In this document: positions 1-14,259 of the stretch, piece after piece
Numbering within the stretch: the stretch's first letter is position 1
How the letters are laid out: every line of letters begins with the position of its first letter
Assembly (NCBI RefSeq): GCF_025612915.1
Contig: NC_069116.1
Location: 24,579,051-24,643,050 of the forward strand
DNA length: 64,000 bases
Direction: 5' to 3'
DNA from: Crassostrea angulata
Taxonomy: Eukaryota
The notes under the pieces: model-generated
Databases searched by the model: none
Seen by the model: the letters and a program-made list of their open reading frames with translations, nothing else
Told to the model about the DNA's origin: nothing
Program-made: the position numbers and the translations under genes

Positions 1-2235
1 GAGGTCTAGGATTTTAGGGGGAGGGGTTCTAAATAAAGGTATCATTGTTTTATGTAGCCTGTATTTAGATGGTTTGGTTTGGTTCTGTGATAACATCTTC
101 TATGTTTGTTGAAAGAGTTTGTCAAGTTTGGTCAGAATTGCGCATGGCCGTATGTTTGGGTAGCCCATTTCAATTCAGTGTCACATACACAGAAACTGCC
201 AAACAAAATCTCCACAAAATATCAGCTATCTGGATTTTTCTTTTCTTTCTCTATTCGCGGGTAACCTATGTTTTGGCCTGTGCACTTTGGCGTTTCCGAT
301 CATTTGTCATACCCCTAACGATGTCACACCGACTTTTGCAGTTTGTCATATCATAGCAATACAGAACGCCGATACTATTTCATGCCCAGGGTGTAATTCG
401 TCTTATGAAACATACACCTCAATCGAAGGTAGACAAAAAAAAAAGAAAGATTGTGTGTTTCTCCCGTAATAAAAAGTGTCACAATTATATCTGATACTCA
501 AATACTTAGTTACCGGTTTAATATGTGTGTGGTGACATATCAGTATAAAGTATCGCTTTTTTGCTTGAGTTTACATGTAACCTTATGCTTTTTGGAGAAA
601 AAAGCAATTCATTAACCTGTCCTCAAATTGTTTTTTTCTCTGGATGTATATTTGTTAACATTGCTTTATATTTTAAAAAAAGTTTGTCGAGAGATTGAGA
701 AAGAATATCATAAGTGTGTTGTAAACTTATTGTGCCTTTATATAAACCTCCATATTATTGAGAAATCCCCACAGAGAGAGGGGAGGAAAAAACGTTACTG
801 CCAGCAGATGATAAATCTAAATCGCGAGATATATGTTTAGATATGGATATAAATATTTATCAAAATATGAAATGTTGTTATACTTATATCAGAATTTTGA
901 TATATTCATACGATATGTGTTTTCATGCTTTTTATGACCTTCGTGATTCTTGTCATTTAGAGGTCAAAGTTAAAGAACAAAAAAATAAACCATACTGGAT
1001 GCCAATATGCTAAATGCTTGAAGTCTTAACGAGGTAGTTCTTTGTGCTGCGATTTCGAGCTTTTATTTTCAGACTGTGTTCAGTTTAATGCTACATGCCT
1101 TACATGACTGCATTTTCCAGTTTCAAGCTGAAGAATTGAACTTCAAAAAATTTTAAGCTATTAATATGTATTTATAAAAGATTCCAGTTTAATGAGGCGT
1201 GGATCTGGCGTTTGAATGAGGAAAGGCAGGGGACCAAATCGTATAGCATACACCCCGCTAACATAGATCCAAAATTTTAAGAGGAAATGAAATTGAATGA
1301 ACACTTTGCCGACTATGAAACTCCTGGATTGGCTTTAGAAAATATTCTACATTCTTTCAAAATAAAAGTTCAAAACCTGAAGAAAACTTTCATAACTATT
1401 CGGACAAAGTCATAAACCCACGGAGCAAGATTCATTCGAAATATCCTATTTGTCACAAATTTAAGAAATAGTTATACCCTATAAACGTCCATTTATTTGT
1501 TCCCATTGTTTAATTGTCGCCTCGCCGTGAAAACTAGCAACAAAGGCCGGAATAGTTAAACCATACCCCACACTGTTTTATGGTGCAGACATAAAATTGG
1601 AAAAGATTCATTTAATTATTAGGATAGCTTTCGTGACAAAGACGACTTAGACGACAAGTCATAAATATACAGCCCCTCATGTGGTCCGGCTATGTTCCAC
1701 GGCCCGATTCAACACCATTCAATTTATTTTATTCTCTTGGCTTTTGGTATTTCTCATTTTATGAAACCCCCTTCCATTTTTGACGATTTAATTTGATAGC
1801 AAGAGAGAGAGGGTGGTTAAAGAGAGAAATGCTATGTTCTCTACCGATTCTAGTTTTATGATTTTGTGACAATCTCTAGCTCCTACGTCTGGTCGCAAAA
1901 TAATGTTCCCTTTGCGATTTTCCATCGTTAAAGGACAAACATACATTTCAAAGCGGGGCGTTCTTTCGTTTTATCAGATTGTTCTCGGTGTATATCTTTG
2001 TTATTAGCATTTCATTATCATTCAAACGTGGTTTTCAGATTTCATTTACTCTATATCTACATATCGCAGACGTGAATTCAAAATGATAAGATCAATGCAA
2101 AAAAAAATCAAAGAGTCAATACAAGTTCATGGCACTGTGCTTTCTTGAACAATTTCGTCGTGTTTTATCGACAAAAGCGGATTAAGAGGGGAAAAAAGCA
2201 CAAAAGACTGAAATCCTTCATAATAAATAACTTAC

Positions 2236-2519
2236 CAAGCGGCCAGCCTCATTGTTGTGTAAATTCATTAATCTTCTCCCTGCATTCTTGCCACTTTTCT
2301 TTGACTTCTTCTCTCGGGCGTCCACAAATGTTTTAGAAAATGCTATCCCATATGCGATATTGTCTGAACATCCGGACCATTCGAATCCGTCCTTACTTGG
2401 TCCCTTTACAGTTCGGTCACAACCACACTTTGTGAGCTTTCCACTCGAACACGCCCGGGTCACTGCATGGGCCACACCTGCTGCTGATATAGCATGCACA
2501 AAAGATGCTTCTCTTGTTC
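2236..2519 (-). CDS. WNT4: Wnt4 orthologue, internal coding exon (284 nt). It starts in phase 1 and ends in phase 0. It encodes [72 protein letters not shown]...[14 protein letters not shown].
   Basis: Translation of ORF 2218..2541(-) shows Wnt hallmarks: [33 protein letters not shown]. The closest match is vertebrate WNT4 ([40 protein letters not shown]). The acceptor is ttttacctccag|GA and the donor is CGCTTG|gtaagt. The frame joins the upstream exon as ...LKLG|TREASF, matching WNT4 ...VTQGTREAAF. Confidence 0.85.
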
Positions 2520-3077
2520 CTGGAGGTAAAAATAGTACCAATCAATACAGAGCTTTGAAAACATTAAAAGATACTCTAGTTCTCAGTTTCAGTAGATTTT
2601 CAACAAAAATCAATGTTTCTAAACTTGGATCTTATACGGTCCACCCTTATTTAAACAAAATTAATATCCCGACTCAAAATAACTGTTGCATTCTATTGCA
2701 TATTTGATGTAATTATTTTTTCCTTTTATTGTGTTCATTTTTTAAAGTATCATTACAAGGGCAGAGAAAGTTATACTAGGTGGGAATACTTGATATCCAA
2801 TAATCTATTTAACATGACACATTGATAGTGTACCTAGATCAAAGCAGGAGAAAGCAAATAGAGTTTTCCCAATATAAAATGACGGTGTGGGGAGATTTAG
2901 CGACAACTACCTAAGTGATGCCTAAATAAAACTGTGTTTGTCTAAGTAAGAGTCCGATTATGTTAAAATACATGACAATCAAAAACAAATAGTTACCATT
3001 GATGATTTTCTAATGTAATAGCCCTTCGCAGACACCATCAATTTCAGCATACTTTGAACAGGAATTTTTCAACTAAC

Positions 3078-3316
3078 CTAATTTTAACACATTCCCAAAA
3101 AGTGATTTTGGATCCACCATGCTGCAATTCCAACGCCTATTCTTGAACTGGTATTGGCATTCTTGTATGGCCTCGTGCGCTCCTAGCTTGACGCTTTCCA
3201 TGACTTCTAAATTCTTTTTGCAGATTCTCCTCTGTCTTTTGACAAGGCCTACCAGAGAGTCGCAGTAATTGGCCGAACTAATGGTTGCAGTAGCTCCGGA
3301 AGACATGGCTAATGAG
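3078..3316 (-). CDS. WNT4: Wnt4 orthologue, upstream coding exon (239 nt). It encodes ...SLAMSSGATATISSANYCDSLVGLVKRQRRICKKNLEVMESVKLGAHEAIQECQYQFKNRRWNCSMVDPKSLFGNVLKLG.
   Basis: ORF 3073..3306(-) carries the N-terminal Wnt signature C..PGL...Q...C.....ECQ.QFR.RRWNCS. It matches WNT4 ([57 protein letters not shown]). The acceptor is a polypyrimidine tract ending ccctatag|CTC. The donor is AAATTAG|gttagt, phase 1. An in-frame stop upstream at 3346-3348 means this is not the first exon. The signal-peptide exon was not found. Confidence 0.8.
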
Positions 3317-4611
3317 CTATAGGGTATAGAAAAAAATTAACATTTCAAAAATCAAGACAAACATATTTTAAGGAAATGTATAATGCTGATTAATGAAATG
3401 AATTAATTAGTTTTTTTTCACTTTCCATGTCAATCATGACCTAGATCATACCCCCTACCATTCATCTTCATCTCTTATTCTGTGTTAATTGATGTTATTT
3501 ATATACCGGTAAATATATATCTGTGTGGAATCTCCGCTTTTTAACGCCCCGAGTGAAAGTAACCCACGATTTGCAAGCCTATCCGAGCATATTAACTATA
3601 CTAATACAGTGACTCGTCTAGACCAAGCCAATATTGATTTAGTTAGTGCCTTTCAATTTTCAGGTAAATAAAAATTGCGCTCTGTGACAAAAACGTCTTT
3701 TGAGAGTAAATATAAACTGAAAAATCGGCCAGCAACTCGAGGCGGATGCGCTTTTCATTTTCCTTTAGTTGTTATAATTTCTAGACCATTTAATTGACCA
3801 ATCATTACAAGTATCTTTATTTAGCCTGCAGAATAATCTTCGTCATAGCCTTCCATATCTGTCTCATCTTCGTGTTTCATTTAGCTCCAATTCAGAAGTA
3901 GCTCAATACAAAATGCGTTAATGCCAAAGATCGGAGGGAAACTGCAATTTGAAAGAAGTGTATGATTTTTTTGTAAACTTCTTATCGCTTCAAATTGTCA
4001 AAAACGTCCCAGTTCCTTCGTTTATGGCTCCTAAAACCTTCACACCAATTTTGCTTCTTGTGAAATATTTTTAAAACAAACGAATTGTGTCGGCGAAAAC
4101 TTGTTCGAACTGTTACCAAATTAGCCACAAGGATGTATAGATTTTAAATAGTATTTTGCCTTCGGCAATAAAAATGTTTCAAAGTTTTAAAATGCTACAC
4201 CTTAAATAGGTGAGAAAATTATCTATAATTTGGAGGCGTAATTTATTTCTCCATCAAAGTATGATTTGAGTACATGGTACCCCCGGCCTTGGATTAACTA
4301 GATTTCCATTCGTTGCTGATTGATATCTAACATCAATTTTAACAAGTTCAAGTTATACTCTTAATCAGCTGTTAATTGCTCTTCCGCTTGTTTTGTAAGA
4401 TAATCACTTATGCTGGTAACGGTAAATTTATTCAGAAAACAAACAATCGCCAGTAGAGTTGTTTTATATGCTGTCATTTTTCTAACTTAAACTGTACAAC
4501 CACATAATGTTTAGTTCTATACTTCACGGTAATGGAATTTGCATATTCCTTTTATATATTAGTTGCAATATGTGATAAAAACTGCTACATTATAACATAT
4601 TTATCGCCTAT

Positions 4612-4615
<4 letters not shown>

Positions 4616-4648
<33 letters not shown>
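4616..4648. repeat. (CT)16 microsatellite.
   Basis: Direct reading. Confidence 0.95.
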
Positions 4649-4651
<3 letters not shown>

Positions 4652-7600
4652 ATTTATTGTCGATTTATCTACATTTCTCCTACGAGCTTTGTTACAATAT
4701 ACAAGGGCTATTGGAAATAATTAAATGGAAACTTTCTCTCTTATAATCTGTATTTACAAGTTATCTGGTAATACTTTACCATTTCAGTAACAACGACCCG
4801 TGAACGTCTAGCAGGGCAAACAAACGAACAAAACCATATCTCGGGCAATTCTACATAGCTAGATAGACGATCAAATATATGTTGACCGAGGTCTTAAAAG
4901 CGACATTGTAAGTTTCATTTCTCACTTGTCTCTAGGTACTGTGATATTTCATGAGTTGCAATTCTATTTCAATGCGTTCGTGTTGCTAAAAGGGGTGAAA
5001 AGCTATATTGTTGAACTTTTTTATTTTTTGATTTATCGCGGGAATTCAGCAGACGAGAGACAGACCAAAGTTTTGACAGGAAAACTCACTCACTGCTTTT
5101 CTTCACTACGAGACGGGTTTTTTTTAAAACAGCAATAAAACACTGGCCTACAAGAAACAATCCAGTTGCCTTTGCTTGTTGTTTATCGAATATGTGTGAT
5201 TTATGAGCGTAATCTTACAATATGATGTTGGTGATGCGCCCGCGCACTGATTCAGCTGTCAAATCACGTGTGATAACGCAGCATCTGTACCGCTAACTAG
5301 ACAGGGCACGAGACTTGTCAGCATGGCTTACATAATTGTCTATGACAACAGCCCCAGAAACTTTTTGGCATTATTTGCCATCAAACAATACACAGAAAAT
5401 AGTTTCCGGATTAACCAACAACCCAATGACTCCAACGGGAAAAAATTCTGAATCGGAAGATGTTTTTTGAGTTATCTGAAGTCAAAGAAATATACTTACA
5501 GCCATTTAATACTGTCGGCAACAGACGTCAGGTATAAAAGTACGTAAACTCCCAGGAGAAGTGACAGTAAGTCCAGTCGATTCATTCTTTAATAACACAA
5601 CACCTCTTCAATTATACTTGACGGTTTTACTGAAGTAATCTTGGTATGGAACCTTGTCCTTATGAAATATCCAGTATAATTCCTGTAGTTCGAGTGTAAA
5701 GTTTCTCACTGTATAATTTTCTTTGAAGTAAATTCTTTAACTAGTACCAGTCCTCATCATTGTATGTTCATCCATCTATAGTTTCTCAGGAATATGACAA
5801 ACCGATTCTTATACATTCCATAAAGTCGATCAAGAATAAAAATGTTGAAAGTGAGAAAACTTCCTCCTCCTTTTCCACGTGTGTTGGATGTTATGGACAA
5901 ACTCCAAAAAAACTTCTCCTTATTTATAAATCCCACACTATTATCAATAAGTTATGATAATTTAGACTGACAATTATCTCAGTTGTTGTAGCCAGTACGA
6001 ATTGATATCATATGAATGAACCTATCGGCGACACGCAAGAGAAACCATTTGTCTCCTATTAACCCCCAAGCCTCACTGAGTTAGCTCCGCCCCCTCGGCC
6101 CAAGACGAATTTGGATTGGCTTCAGTGAACCGGATCACGCCTCCAATTTGTTGTAATTACTTGTTTGTCGGTAATTCGGAGTGATTTAGTTTTTTGAGTT
6201 ATTAGATTGTCTCACTTAAGCTTATCGGAACATTAAACGAATATTTAAAACTGTCCCTCTTCCCCATTCATACATTTGAAATAGTGTATATATACAAGTC
6301 TATCTTTAAACCCTGCGTCATGCGCCAAATTTTCAATGAAGTTAAAAAAAAGTTTGTGTACTAAACGCGCATTTCTTTTTCACCTGATTTTATTCGGCGA
6401 CGAGTGATAAGAGTATGAATGTTTAACTTTCAACTCTAAACGAACAAACATGAATAAGAAATATCAATAGAAAATAATAAAGGGAGAGTTCAATTGTTCA
6501 TAAAGAAAATTTTAAATATTGTCTTGGAATATCTAAATGACTAATCAATTAACACATCGTAGAGATTTTTGCCCCGGCACTGCCGTTTTCATTCAGAATT
6601 TATTTGTACACTTTGCGATATTCCACGTTTCTAAAAGGTTAGCAATTTCCGCCCAGGGTCTTTTTTCTTTACAAATACACAGAATCTATTCATATATATT
6701 TACTCCCCCTGGATGTGGGAGGAAAATAGGACTAAGGATATTTTGGATCAATGTCTATTTTTTCCCTCCCTTTAACTGCTAGATTTACGACAGTCCTTTC
6801 TTTTCCAAATTTATAATGCTCTCATCAATACAAGAACAATTACTCAGTTAAATCGAGTTTACTAGAGAATGTATGGTTTCTCAATACAGAGTAGTGGCCT
6901 GTCGAATATGATACCACATAAATCTTCTAAAATGTCTCGTTACTACATCCCTCATACGTCATTACTATGAAAACAATTACGCAACGATAAAAGTGAACGT
7001 TACACACAACTTAAAACATGGTTTCCCTTGCACATATAAAGTAACTTCCGGACTATATTATGGATTTCGCATGTTTTTCCTCATAAATCAAGAAAGGCGT
7101 ACTCCTCCCAAACATTGGATATGGGGTAGTAACATAGATAACACTTTTCCTGTGCAATAAAAAAAAAAATAATGAGAACAATTCATTGAATATAGAAATC
7201 CTCTTGAAAAAAAGAATCCATTGAACACTTTCATTAAAAACCGGAATGCATGTGCTTGTAACTTCAAAAGCAGGCTAACAACTGAACAGAAATAACTACA
7301 TATTCCAATAATAAACGTTGAAATTGATTGCAGATATGATTTTTAAAAAAGCGGGAAAGAGGGGGCTTCAAAGGATTAAGATGTTAATACCTTAATCTTT
7401 AGAAATTTCCAGAATTCAAAGGGAGGGTGTAAAACTTGATCCCCTACAAGAGTTGAATGAAGATAAAAATAAGCTTACCTTTTGAAAGTAATAAAGAAAA
7501 ACTTTGGTTAAACTGTTTCCTTCTCACTTTGCTCCTTTCTTTCTGGTAATTTCTCCGAAACTTCAGTTCTCCTCTGAAGCGCTTCGATACTTGTTTATAT

Positions 7601-10600
7601 TTGCTTATGTTCTCCTCATCTTGTTTTGATGCAAGCCCGGTCTTCGCATCTTTCAGCGTTAACATTCAATATACAACTGCAACAAAACTTGAAATTGCTT
7701 CTAATCTATCTTTTTGCCGCTGCCTTTGATGGTTATATCCAAGACGTTTTGGAAGAACACAATTGTCTATCATTTTTCGCTTAAACACTCTCTCAGAAAG
7801 AATTTTCCGTCGTATCAATAGCCAAATGTAAATAAAAGGGGGTAATTTCTATCTCCTCCTTTCATACAAAAACAGTTTTCTCGGTGGCTAAAGTCTGTAG
7901 TTTTTATTGAGAGTCTCGTTGTCAAACTGGATGAACGTTTTTTAATCAAACCTGTGGCTTATCTCAAAGATTTTTCAATTATATTCGTATTTGTCACATT
8001 ACGACCATTAATAATCGCCCAGTTGTTGAATTCCTGTTCGTCGTTTGGAGGGGGTCGATTCATGAGGGCCTCTAAAATCACGATCCAACCAAATCCCTTT
8101 TTGGCATATCACTTCTATTTCTTAGTTTGCTAACATTTTTTGAAACACAGAAGTTTTCCCCTTTTCGTGGACGTGTATTTCAAACAATTCCAAATCCCGC
8201 TGACATTCCGCGTAAACAACTCGTCAAGGATAAATGTCATTTCAATTGGATTTAGAAGTCAAACTTTTACATGATGTGCACGATCTTTGAAATCGGCACC
8301 GATTCTTATTCTACTCTTTATTTGAATTCACGACTTTTAATTCTTTGACAAATCCAACCCTTCCCCTGCCTCCAATAAAATGCATTGTAATATTATCATG
8401 TATGGTATTTTTTTGGTCACTTGAAATATCTGTTTTTGAATTCGAGAACTCGTAAAATATAAATTTTTCAATTCTTTTTGAAAATACGATTTCCCCAGAT
8501 TTGACAAATGTGATAAATGACCACAGATGACCCTTGCATTAGCTATTTTTTTTCTCGAATATAGTATGTTTTCTTGATGGATGGAGATTTAAACACGCTA
8601 ATCGCCGTGCAATGACAAAGGTGGAGAAAGGGGGAGATTCCGGTAAACAGTGGGCTTAGGCGCATAGTGCGGTGATACTTTACTTGATATTGGGCAAGGA
8701 AGAGAGATTAAAATCAACTCTCTAAAATAGAAATACCCCCAGAAGCAGGTCGACAACAAAAATAGAATGAAAAATTTATTTCCTATTATGGTTTATTGTT
8801 TAAAAGATTATAAGACAGTTTTACGCTTTAAAATTCTTTTTTAAATAATAATCTGAAAATATATTGCTGTAAATTCAAATTAATTGATATATTTTTAATT
8901 TATGTGTATTTCAATACTTGTTTTAACAATCCAAGAAACCGTTAATACTCTCCACATCAATTAACGATTACTCAACGTGGCGGCGACTTTTAAGATAATT
9001 TTGAGAAAACTGAAGGTTCGCAGACGACCAAATTAAAATTAAAACTCAATTTTAACCCAAATAGTACCGCCGCGCGTGGATTAATTACATAATTACCTTT
9101 AGATTATCACTTTCGCAGCACGCTTGTTTATTTTTAATCAAAACACCTGTTGTAGTTTGAGACACAATGCTTGTCCATATTAATTAGCACATTACGTGCG
9201 ATAATTGCTCTTTACGGGTACAAGAGAGACCGATACAAATCTAATTGCACACGTGTCAATCTTGTTGCAACTTGGAAAACTACTTATTAGCCGTATGTTG
9301 CCACACCTTTCTTGTGAAACTACCGACGCCATGGTCTGTCATATTTCCTTTCTCAAAATTTCAACTGGTTCTTCAATACTCGCTTTCCCGAAAGAAAAAG
9401 ATTTACAACATAAGAAAGCCTCATATAGCGTCTGTATTTTGCATTTGAAATCCCCCGAACCTGTGCATATTTTTTTCCCATACTTTAACATTATGTTACT
9501 AACAAGCTGAAAAATGAACAACTTTGATAAATGTAAAAGTTAAGTACATTAAAAATGTATGGTTTTTAACATATTTGTAGTTGATTTGTAAAAAAAATAA
9601 ACAAACAAGTAACTGAAGTATATTTAATCAAACACACACACTACATTTTTAACAATGAAAATAAGGCACATATATTTTGGTAAAGATTTATTACCAAATT
9701 ACCCCCCCCCCCCCCTTCCTTCCCTTTTAAAAAATACCCCGTGCACCGAAAACAAAAGCAATAACTGCATAATACCGCTTAGTGAGTTCTAAATATACCC
9801 TGTAAATAAGAGCAGACTGGAGGCTCTTCTATGTGTCAGTTTGCTTTATGGGGGACATGATGAGTAAGATGGCAGATTAATTCCCCTTTATTAGTGCCTT
9901 GTTTACAACTTGACCCCCCAAATGAGTGTAATTTTATAGCATTGATGGGTAATTGTCAGACCAGACGTATAATGAGATTCTAAAGTGTGTAAGGACTAAC
10001 AAACCTGTGGGGATCTAGCTGAATAAGGGCTCGTTGTAAAATGTGTGTCCAGATGTTTTACCTGATTTTCTTATTAGATACCCAATGAAATTACGGTGAA
10101 TAGAAAACAAATTCTTCTATTATATATGGATTTTATCACACCTCTTTTTAGTGCATATTCATCTTGAAACAAGTTAAAATAGATGTATGGGGGACAATTC
10201 TTATCTGGAAATTTACTCGCAAGGGCACATTTAATATATATAAAGATGAACATCAAGACCCTTTTTGCATATCAGATAATTAGAGAATGATTAAAACTGG
10301 CCTATAAGTAAAATCAACTTTTCAAGAGGGCCATAAATTGATCAATGCTTTTATTTGACACATTTTGAAATAATATAAAGAAAACGACATAATCTCCTCG
10401 CAACGTTTTAACATACTGTCAGTTTCTAGTTATGTTTTGTATATGTCAACAAATCAGTATATTTATTACTGATTTATATACCCAGTATTATCCACAGGAT
10501 ATGGATTAAAGAAGGATTTCAAGGCTTTATTTTATCGAAATCCTGATTTGTTCAGTCATAAAATCGTTTCCTTTTCACCGAAAGCGTGAAATTCACACCA

Positions 10601-13600
10601 AGACATGCATTTTGTTTGATTCCACGACTCACATATAAATTATAATGGGAAAACATCATATTGGAATTAATAAAACGCCTAGAGGAATTGATAGCTTCAA
10701 GTTTTTATCTTAAGTTTGAATTCGCTTCTTACATTAAATCAGATAAGTGAAATTTTAACGATTAGATAATACATGCAATATAAAATGTCGTAAATTATTG
10801 CATACACTTGCAGGCTTATCTATATTCCATTATACAAATCATTTTATTTCCCTCACCGTTTCATTCATAGAATGCCATTTTGCGGTGCTTTTAAGTGTGT
10901 TGTTCTAGCTATGCACATTAGATAAAACGCATATAAAACCACAACAAGAGCCAGTAATAAGGCTATGATTTTGCTTTGAAAAACTGCTGTGTTAACTTGT
11001 CCTATCAACAGCAACAGAGGATCAGAAATCATAAAAAAAAATGTCAGGGACTTGACGAGTCGCAGCTGTTGAATCGAACACACGGAACCAATACACCAAA
11101 AAGAAAGAGGATGGACATTTTCTCCATTAAAACCTACAGATTCAATGAGATTTATCGTAAAATGAAAGGAACAAAACGGAAGAGGCAAACTAGCCCCTTT
11201 CCAAAATGAGTCAGGAACATTATCAGTTATTTGAAAACAACAGAAAAATATTCTAACGTCTCTGAAATGTTAATCATACAATTCGAATGAAGAATTCCTC
11301 CATAATCTAAAGAATTGCTCCTTCTATTGAAGAAAATTTATTGACAGTAGATATTCTTTCCCTTTCCTTGATTTTAGAAGTGGGCGGGAGGAGGCAGAGA
11401 CTTTGAAGGTGCTAAATGATATCATTTAATTTCTTTTGTCCTGCTTACGCAGTTCAACATGTAAGTAAATATTTGTATTTACTTTCGCCAAATCCTTTTA
11501 TCTTTTGTAAAGCAAAAACACCGAACAACCAAAAACACACAACAGGTTCGCATAAACCTCAAAGGTAAACAACTGTTTGTATTCATTGTCACAGAACGTA
11601 ACAGAATTACTTTACAGAGAAATTGGTAGCAAACAACATTCATAAGCTGTCGTCGGAGTAGGGAAAACGGACTTGCAAGATTCTACTCAATTATTGTGGT
11701 TTATGAATTTTTTACGTTGGTGTAAATATGAAAATTATAACTTTAAGAGAGTAAAATTCCAAACTTGCAATACAAAATTATGCCATGCATGTGTTGAGTT
11801 TCTCAGAAGAAAGTTTTAGCTTGATAATTCAATAAAAATTAGTTGGGAGCCAAGGAAAAGATAATTTCTGGAGATCACAAAAGTTTACTATTCACAGCAT
11901 ATGAGTATTCCATTTTAAAGTTAAAAAATTGCTTTAACATTAAGAACTGGTGCTACAGCCGAGATAAAGTTACATCTTCTTGTAATATTTTACTTTGTGC
12001 GATTGTTCACATTTAAGCTTGCTTATGCTATGAAATTATATGTACCATAGAAATCATGAATTCATCACCTTGCTTGGAAGGATATGCATACAGTGCACAA
12101 AATTAGTAATCTCTTTGTAGATACAAATGTTCTTTTTCTATGGCACGATACATATGATAATTGTTTTGGCCATAAAACATTGGTTGATGAAAATCTGCAC
12201 ACATATACGTAAATATTTGTCTGATGTCCATAATATTACAAAAGTAGGATTTAAAAAGGAAACACGAAAGAAAAGCTCTACTAAACAGACCAACCAAAGG
12301 CATGTTTCCAAACCTCTTCTTTAAAATGAAAAATATTAAAACAATGGAAAACAATATTTCCATATATTGGCTTTAGCTGCATTTATATCATTTCTGGGAA
12401 TATGGTGACAAAAAAGAATTTTGATGTGATGAAATATGTTTTAATTTGGTCCTACATTTTCTATCATTCAAAATTGCTTGAAGCTATAACGCTTTCCTTT
12501 ATTATATTTAGAAAACACTTATCACTGGGGAAACATAATGTTGGTTCCAATACTGATGGATCATAATTCTCGATCTATTTTAGTGTTGATATTCACAACA
12601 GACAAGATAATTGTAACAAGAAACAAATAACAATATCAAACAAACTTTAAAAGGAAACGATGAAATGTACAGACGGTTGTCATCAATATTTTCCTTAAAG
12701 CCCGGGGGTCTATACAGAGGTTAGGACCAATGGAACGTCACCCGGAAATCTACCGGAAATCTAACCGTATGGATGTCGTAACTGTCTACATTTTTTCATG
12801 TAGTGCAGACTATGTGTAAAGGTAAAAGAAAAGATAAATAGAACTATGTCTATGAAAGATGGCAGCAATAAATTTGTAAAAAATAAAAAAAGAAAAGAAA
12901 AAAAAATGTTCACGTATTGCAAAATTAAGTCAAATACGTCTGTTTTGTAGCGTCAAGGTTACATAAACACGCAACAGAAATGAGGAATTTTTAATCTATG
13001 ATACAATCACATTGTGTTGGCGGTATATATTCCAGTTTGAGGTGGCGTTCTTTATAATTAGACATCTAGAGGGTTTGGTTGAAGATCGATCGTCTTTATC
13101 AATGACCATCTACATAATTGTCACTCCGCTTTTTTCTGCGAATGTAAACTGACACCTGGAAGCCATTTATTATAAACTCATCACACAGGTATTTTCTTCC
13201 CTCAATCTCCCTCTCTCCATGTTCCATCCAATTCATTGTTATTTACTCATCGATCTGAAAAGCGCAGTAGTTTAATCAGTGGTAGTCAAAAATAGGTATT
13301 ATTCTCATCACAGAATATTAGGCAGATTTGTACAGAAATTTGTCATTTAGTAGATTTGTTTTTGAAAAATTTACATGCAATAATATATACCAACCCACAA
13401 TAACATTTTAGGTTTGCATTTAAATTTTGAACACAGTTCATCAAGAGTTCAGTGGATAAAGACGACTTGATTAAATCAATTTTAAATTTGTTAGTATAAC
13501 AAAAATCAAGGTAAATATCGGTTTTTACATATATTTGAATATCTTTAAAATGTCATAGGAATCGGCTATCATACCAGTATTTTGCGCATGACCGGAAGTT

Positions 13601-14227
13601 GAGAAATGAGATTAATACTGTAACATTATTTGTCATAAACTTAGACACAATACATGAAACTACGGATTGCATGGTCATCTGAGCAATGCGTCAAGATGGT
13701 TTTAAGGTGGGTCCTGGATACGTAGTCATCAACAAGCCCATTGGTTTTCCACTTCATTTTATCACTTTCAAAATCATGAAATGGGACGAGACACAAAAAC
13801 GTATATTATACAAGCATTTTTAAGAATACAGATTTATATGATTATTGAAATTACAGGTGGTACTGATAACCCGTTGGCAAGTTGAACGTGTGCATGACGT
13901 CGCATCTTACATTTTATTTTAGTACAATATAATTGATTTATTTAGTATTGCTGCAAAATTTAGCACAGGTACATGTTGTATTTATCCAATATTCGTTATA
14001 AAAGTATTGTATTTACGTTTTTCTATACTGTCCCCTGTAGTTATCTAATTGTCTACAATGATATAAATATATAAAGATTTATGGAACTGATATCTGCAGT
14101 TTACATAATTTTCGCCAAATTGTCATATATTGTATCTATAGGTAAATGGCACTAACTTAACATGCACACGTGTGGAGATGTCACAAGACATACATGCATG
14201 GACTTATTCTTAATCAATTTGCTAATC

Positions 14228-14259
14228 TGAGAGAGAGAGAAAAGAGAGAGAGAGAGAGA
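14228..14259. repeat. (GA)n microsatellite, interrupted.
   Basis: Direct reading. Confidence 0.9.

Noticed and set aside
1-2235. Search for the downstream Wnt4 exons (CKCHGVSGSC, FHWCC) on the minus strand.
   Set aside because: No reverse-complement matches to these highly conserved codon strings were found by eye. The exons are probably beyond the window start. Their absence is not evidence of a pseudogene.
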